Program-made: the position numbers and the translations under genes
Assembly: GCF_009914755.1 (NCBI RefSeq)
Contig: NC_060929.1
Source: the human T2T-CHM13v2.0 reference genome, Homo sapiens
Reading direction: 5' to 3' (one strand)
DNA: 64,000 nucleotides
Part shown: positions 57,994-64,000 of the stretch, one piece after another
Position numbering within the stretch: position 1 is the stretch's first letter
Layout: every line of letters begins with the position of its first letter
Notes under the pieces: generated by a model
Seen by the model: only the letters and a program-made list of their open reading frames with translations
Database searches by the model: none
Told to the model about the DNA's origin: nothing

Positions 57994-60079
57994 CTGAAAA
58001 GAAAAGGAAGGAAATGTTTAATCAAGTTATGATTAACACTTGCACTTTGAAATGCTGTCTTAGACTGGGACAGTTAATTCTTAAATAATTCATCGGAACA
58101 GGCTAAAACGGTGCTGTGTTTAAAGCAATAAAAAAGTATACATAAGCAACATTTCCAAAACAGCTTTTGTTAAATGTAAGTTAGAGATTTCAAGCACCAT
58201 CTGTTTTCCATTAAATATTCAACTCTACAGTTTTAGTGGCTGAAAAAAAAAAAAAACAGATATGATAGCCATAACCTAAAGTTACATGTATAAAATGAAG
58301 ATGCAAACTGAATTGTGTATATGTTGATTCTTGTTGGGACAGCTAAGGATTCGACAATTTTTCACTAAGGGATCACTAAGGTGATCCACTGCTGGAGGAA
58401 TCTTACTTACATGTGAAGAAAAGAGCCCTCTGAGCAACTGCATCATTGCGTCTTGTTTCACTGACAATAATCAATAGTACCTTGAAGCCAATCCAATGAC
58501 TCTTCAGTAAATTTAGTGAGTTATCTACCCCTTTAGTTCTTAGTGGTTGTAAGGAATACTTGAGAAGATGAGAACAAAAAGTATAAGCAATAACTGTTAA
58601 GTAAGCAGTAACTGTTATTTCAAGGAATATTCCAGAGTAATTGCCACTTGAATGACATTGACATCCTCATTACCTAACTAATCTTTGCTTTCTCCTAGAC
58701 ACTACAGTGGAGATTCTCCATTTTGAGTTTTGAAGAAAGAACAAATCGAATAGCTATATGTGCTGTGTTCATTTATGATATTCTGCTACATCAGGACACA
58801 ACCTACATATTTATAAGATATATTTGCATGTGGGCTGATATTTTCTTTCTGGGAAAGAACTTACTGTAAGGGAAAGAGGATAAAAGGCTTGGTCAAACCA
58901 CAAAAACTCTGATATTGCAGGTTTAGGCTAATAGTGTAGGTGTAGGCTGATGCTAACAGCAGCATGTAGTTCTATCATTTGGGTTTGTTGTAAGCTTCTC
59001 AAAAAACATGTGTCTGAGACTTAAGGAAAAGAGTAACAGTGATTAAGGTCTGAAGGAGCTGGTTTTGCTAAAATGATTGACAATATTAAAGTACAAAGTA
59101 GTATGAATTATACATTTAAAAGATAAAAAACAAAGTAACTATGTATCATTTTTTAAAAAAACATACAAAATGAAAGCAGAGAAGCCTGCAAGGAACACAG
59201 CCTTTTTAAAGGCTGAAAATACTTGTTTGGAATATATGTGAGTCACCCTCTCAAGTCTTCTCAAAATAAAAGGAAGACACTTTGCGGGAGGTAAGAGGTC
59301 CCGTAACAGCAAAGTAGAGGTAGAAACAGAGAAGTAAGGTTCACTGTGGCTAAGAATATCTCTGGATGCAACTTGGGGACTCAAAGGGAAACAAGGGACA
59401 AAGCCTTCTTCCAAGGTTGATAGAAATGCTTGCCTGAAGATTAAAGAAAAATGCACAATCAAATGTGAGTTGCTAAGATAAATACTGTTTCTCTGAGTGT
59501 GTATGGATTTTTTCTAAAGGAGTAGGATTTGAAGGGAGGAGCTGATCCACAATGGAAAGTTCTCAGCTAGTACACCTCCAGGAATTGAATCACCTTTACA
59601 AATTAGCATCCTATAGGTCCCAGAAAATGCAGAATTATGTTACTCATGTAATTTAGGAATTGGACAGAAATTAATACAAACTGAATGAAATATTCCATAT
59701 CTAGGGAGAAAAAACTTTAGATAACAGCCGTAGGAAACATATATTATCAGAGAAAAACTTATTCAAAATATTTAATTATTCATCCAGGATTTAATGAGTA
59801 GCCTTAGGGACAACCATGGAATAGTTGCCCTACTGGGCTAGTGACTCAATGGTAACAAATCAGTCAAATCAGACAAATAATGGATTTGACCTGATAAGCT
59901 TTGCTGAATTAACCAGGTTTTTAAAAAATTTGCCTTGAAATCATTTAAAGACCATCATTAAGAGATACTTTCCTATGGGAATTTAGAACTTAGAGAAATT
60001 TCAATAGGCAGAGAGATTCAGTTGAAAACTGACTGCTGATGGAATGGCTCTTCTCACCCTGTATAGCTAGGAGGCACCT

Positions 60080-60300
60080 AGCGTCAGTAAAAGGGTATAG
60101 ACTTTGGAACCAAATAGGTATAGGTTGGAATTTCAGCTCTCCACTGGCATTCTATGTAGCTTTTAGGTACATTATTTGATTTATCTGAACTTTTTCCAGA
60201 TCTACAAAAGAAAGATAATAATACACATATGTGTTTTCAAAATGAATGAGGTAAAAAGTATTGTCTAGGAGAATGTTTGGCTCATAGGAGGTATTTGGGT
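60080..60300 (+). mobile_element. MIR
   Basis: agactttggaaccaaatagg...ggttggaatttcagctctccact. Confidence 0.65.
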
Positions 60301-60474
60301 CTCACCATCATCATATCTTTATCATCATCCATCATCACTACCTTCTTTTTCTCTTAGTATCAAATGGCAAGTAAAAACAGCCCATTCTTGTTTTTTCTTC
60401 TATAAGTGCTAACCTCTCTCAAATAATACATATGTAGGCAGATCTACTTTCCACTAACCAGTATGAATAATCTA

Positions 60475-60937
60475 CCAGTTGAAGGTCCAGGAATAAACAG
60501 ACAGCATACTTTTATTAGGATCATTTACAGCAGGTTCAACAAAGAGACTCTTTAAGGAGATGTTGGTAGGGTAGAGGAATCCACAAAGGATGGCACAGTA
60601 CCTGGAACTAGCAACAGCGAAGTTTTCACCCTAAGAGGGATGGGTTGCCCATACCTAGGAAAAAGCATCACACAGAGTGGGCTGCCTTGAAAAGGGAAGT
60701 TGCTCTCTGGGACACAGCTAGACCCTAAAAAGAAGAAGACAACCAGTTGCACGCAGTCTCATTTTCCTTTCTCCATCTGTCTCCTCCTAGGACTCCCCAC
60801 TAACCAAATGCAAGCAAGCAGGAGGGCAAAGGAGGAAGAAGTACATCTGACTGGTCAGCCTTCCAGGGTTCAAAGCCCCCCAAGGTAGGGCAGGGAGGAG
60901 AGTGGAGATGGAGGGGAAATGGTAGATGTGCTCTGCA
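60475..60937 (-). mobile_element. ERVL LTR (LTR33-like)
   Basis: ggatggcacagtacc...ctagcaacagcgga...ggtcagccttccaggg...gagagtggagatggagggg resembles the recalled LTR33. Confidence 0.65.
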
Positions 60938-60989
60938 GTCTATGAAGAGGATTGCATGTTCTGCTACCTCATTTATCCTTAAAAAAATC

Positions 60990-61180
60990 TCTATAATGTA
61001 TCATTAAACTTTCCAATACTCCTGTGAGGTAGACATTGTTAATATGTTTTCCCATGGCACAAACGAGGAAATCAGCAGCAACGAATGAAGTAAATTGCCC
61101 AGGAATGGCAGAACCAGTATTCACACCTGATTTGTCTGCCTCAAAATCCACGTTTTTGTCTACTCTTCCATAGTGCTTTG
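60990..61180 (-). mobile_element. MIR
   Basis: cctgtgaggtagac...gaggaaatc...aaattgcccagg...gtctgcctcaaaatcc. Confidence 0.7.
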
Positions 61181-63571
61181 CTGCCAATAGCATGAACCAG
61201 TGCATTTTAATTATGAACAAGTGGTAACCTCTGCAAAAATCAAAGCTGTGCCTAAACTAAAGAATGTTTGATGAAAAGGTTGACTCTCAGGAAGGCAGTT
61301 ATCTTAGTTCCTGCAAGTTTCTCTCTCAGCAAAGATAATGTGGTGAGACTGCAGAAAAGCTTTCTCCCTCCAGGTGCACTAAAAAGAAAGCCAGGCGAGA
61401 GAACACTCACACGTGCAATTTCGTTACGATAGGAGTTTCCACATAAAGTTAATTAGAAAGAAGGAAGAGTCAGCTCCTGCAGGGAGAACACTTTAGAAAT
61501 AAAAATGAATAGAGGAGGTGGATAAGACAGATAGTGCTGGAATATTCAGAGATGGAATTAGATGGACCACCTATATACATTTTGCTGTGTCAATGCAAAG
61601 GGAATTAAGACAGTTTCTATCCTAGAGATTAAAGATTTATATAGCAGAAAATGTCTTGAACTGGTCATCAGATGAAATAAGTTCTACTTTCATTGCTACG
61701 TCATATACACAAACTGTATGGTATTAGGAAAATCCCTTCCCTTTTTTCCCCTCATATCTCCACAACCCACCTCACAGCGTTGTTATGGGGATTAATCAGA
61801 TAATATCTCAGAAAAATTTCCGGGGACTTTAAGTTCCCTGCAAATATAAATCTATGTATTGAAACAGCAAATGTCCCCATACATAATGACATCCTTAAAT
61901 ATGAGTGAAAAGGGATTCCAATCATCCACAAAATATTAGAGAAGCTACTGAACAGGACATGTTTTATATATGTAAGAAGAATTCTTTAATCTCCTCTTTT
62001 TGAACTAATACTTTTTTCTTCTACATAGTAAGTCAGTTCATACAGTAACTGCTGAATTATAAAGCCACTCAGATGCATTGGTTTTAAAAAGTTTATTGAG
62101 CACCTTATATGTGCCAGGCACAGTACTAAGCTCTCAGATAAACAACAAACTTTCTTGATGCAAAGGGAAAGAATTGTTTGGGTACAGTTGCCTCTGAGTG
62201 ATCAAGGTGTAATGGATTAGCTCTGTCTCTAACTTACTGTTGTCTCCAACTCATCAAAAGATATATTTTTCTAGGGTTGCATAAATGAAACCAAACTTGG
62301 CAGTTTATTCCCTTGATTAGATTCTCATCTAAATGAAGAATGAATACATGTGGCATGTATAAAAAGAGAAGCTTGATCACAATCAAAGACAACTCCAAAG
62401 GAATATAATAAAAACAGGCTTAATTTATCAAGGTTTACTCACCAAAGTATCTGCAGGAAGGAAATTAGGAGGAGGCAACACAAGAATTAAATACTCAAAA
62501 AGTTAAAAGAAAAGAAACATACAAGGATGGAATAACAGATTTTTCATGGGAATGGTTGAATTATTGCCTTGGGCTCTTAAATGTCCACTAATTTGCCCTC
62601 TACACACGTAAGATAGATAATGTGAACATCTGCTTCAGTTGGCCCTCTGCTACATTGGTAGCAGAAACAAGGGAAGAAAGTTCTGGATATCTCCTCATAC
62701 CTTCTAAAATTGTGAATTAAAAGAAAGGACTTCTTATTCCAGATCTAAAGATGACAATAGAGATTTCCTGCTATTTACATTTTCTCTCTTTTCTCTAGAG
62801 TGCTGTTTATCTGAAGCTATGCTTTATCTGAGCTCCTGCTAGAGGCTATAGAATCTGAGATTTAGAAAGAACGTAGAGTACAAATAGGGTAATTGAAGTA
62901 TAGGGAACATAAGTAGTCTGCCTAAGGTCATAGAACTGCCTGGGACAACACAATAATGAGAGGACCCTGTATTCCATGGCCATTGCTGTGGCTAGCTGAT
63001 AATATTGCCCTGTGCATGCATTTTCCTAAAACTAGTTTTATCTGTCAACCCATCTTGTAGTCTTCCCAGCACAGTTTAACATCTTGAAACTTGCCAAAGT
63101 CAGTGCAATCTACCTGTAACCACAAGGATGGCTTTATATAATCAGGTTGTAGCTTATGCTCAGTAGGAACTCCAGAGTGATGTGTTTCAACTAGAAGAGT
63201 CAAGTGATCTGTGATTTGCATGCTTAATTTGGCCTTACCTCACACTGTATCTCCCAACACCAGCCCTCTACCCTCCAGGCTGGTCTCATCTCTGCCGCAC
63301 CTGAGACACATCCATTTCTACCTCTTGGCCTTAGATTCATGCCCTTTAATTTTTGTTCTCTTCATTTTACAGAACTCTTCCTATTCAAAGTCCAACAAAA
63401 GCCCTTCTTTCTAATAACAACTTCCCCTACTGCGCCAAGTCACATAGATTTCTACTGACTCTGAGGTCCAATAACAAAAAGTATGTTGTACCACAAACTC
63501 ATCTACTAGCTAACATTTTTTTTTCAATAATTGTTTTATGGGTTTAATCTTTGCTTCTTCAACTGGGGCAT

Positions 63572-63952
63572 TGATATGGTTTGGCTGTGTCCCTACCCAA
63601 AATCTCGTCTTGAATTATAATCCCCATAATCCCCACGTGACAAGGGAGAAACCAAATGGAGGTAATGGAATCATGGAGGCTGTTTTCCCCATGCTGATCT
63701 CATGATAGTGGGTGAGTTCTCATGAGATCTGATGGTTTTATAAGTATTTGGTAGTTCCTCCTGTGTTCATTCTCCTTCCTGCCTCCTTGTGAAGAAGGTG
63801 TCTTGCTTCCCCTTCGCCTTTCAACATGATTGTAAGTTTCCTGAGACCTCCCCAGCCATGCAGAACTGTAAGCCAATTAAACCTCTTACCTTTATAAATT
63901 GCCCAGTCTTGAGCAGTTCTTTATAGCAGTATGAAAACAAACTAATAATACA
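63572..63952 (+). mobile_element. THE1 (THE1D-like) solo LTR
   Basis: tgatatggtttggctgtgtccc...gagatctgatggttttataag...catgattgtaagtttcctgag...aataca. Confidence 0.9.
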
Positions 63953-64000
63953 GGGTTGAATAAGGTACATTGTAAAGTCTCTTCCATACTGCAAGTTGTA

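Larger units (their letters stand above)
57994..64000 (-). other. PDE4D: PDE4D intron upstream of the PDE4D7 ATG exon
   Basis: Ends in a polypyrimidine tract plus AG at 57994. No CpG island or first exon is visible in the window. Confidence 0.85.

Noticed and set aside
55700-61500. Androgen-response elements near the PDE4D7 exon
   Set aside because: Only AGAACA/TGTTCT half-sites were seen, with no convincing 3-nt-spaced palindrome.

Overview
AT-rich, repeat-dense primate (almost certainly human) genomic DNA from inside the very large PDE4D gene (chr5q12), which runs on the - strand. The only well-supported coding feature is a 131-nt - strand exon (57863-57993) with canonical splice sites. 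It encodes MKRNTCDLLSRSKS, recognised from memory as the N-terminus of the long isoform PDE4D7. The rest is intron filled with Alu, L1, L2, MIR, MaLR/ERVL LTRs and TcMar/hAT DNA-transposon fossils. The supplied ORFs are repeat-derived or chance. I see no convincing new multi-gene system. The best leads are a decayed piggyBac-like transposase ending in AAGGG-TTAA (43030-43819), a perfect CRE beside splice donors, an HNF4/GATA/RFX motif cluster, a candidate recursive splice site, a 26-bp perfect AT-rich palindrome, a young AluYe-type insertion, a chimeric Alu and a 5'-inverted L1. Repeat subfamily names come from recalled consensus sequences, and old-repeat boundaries are approximate.
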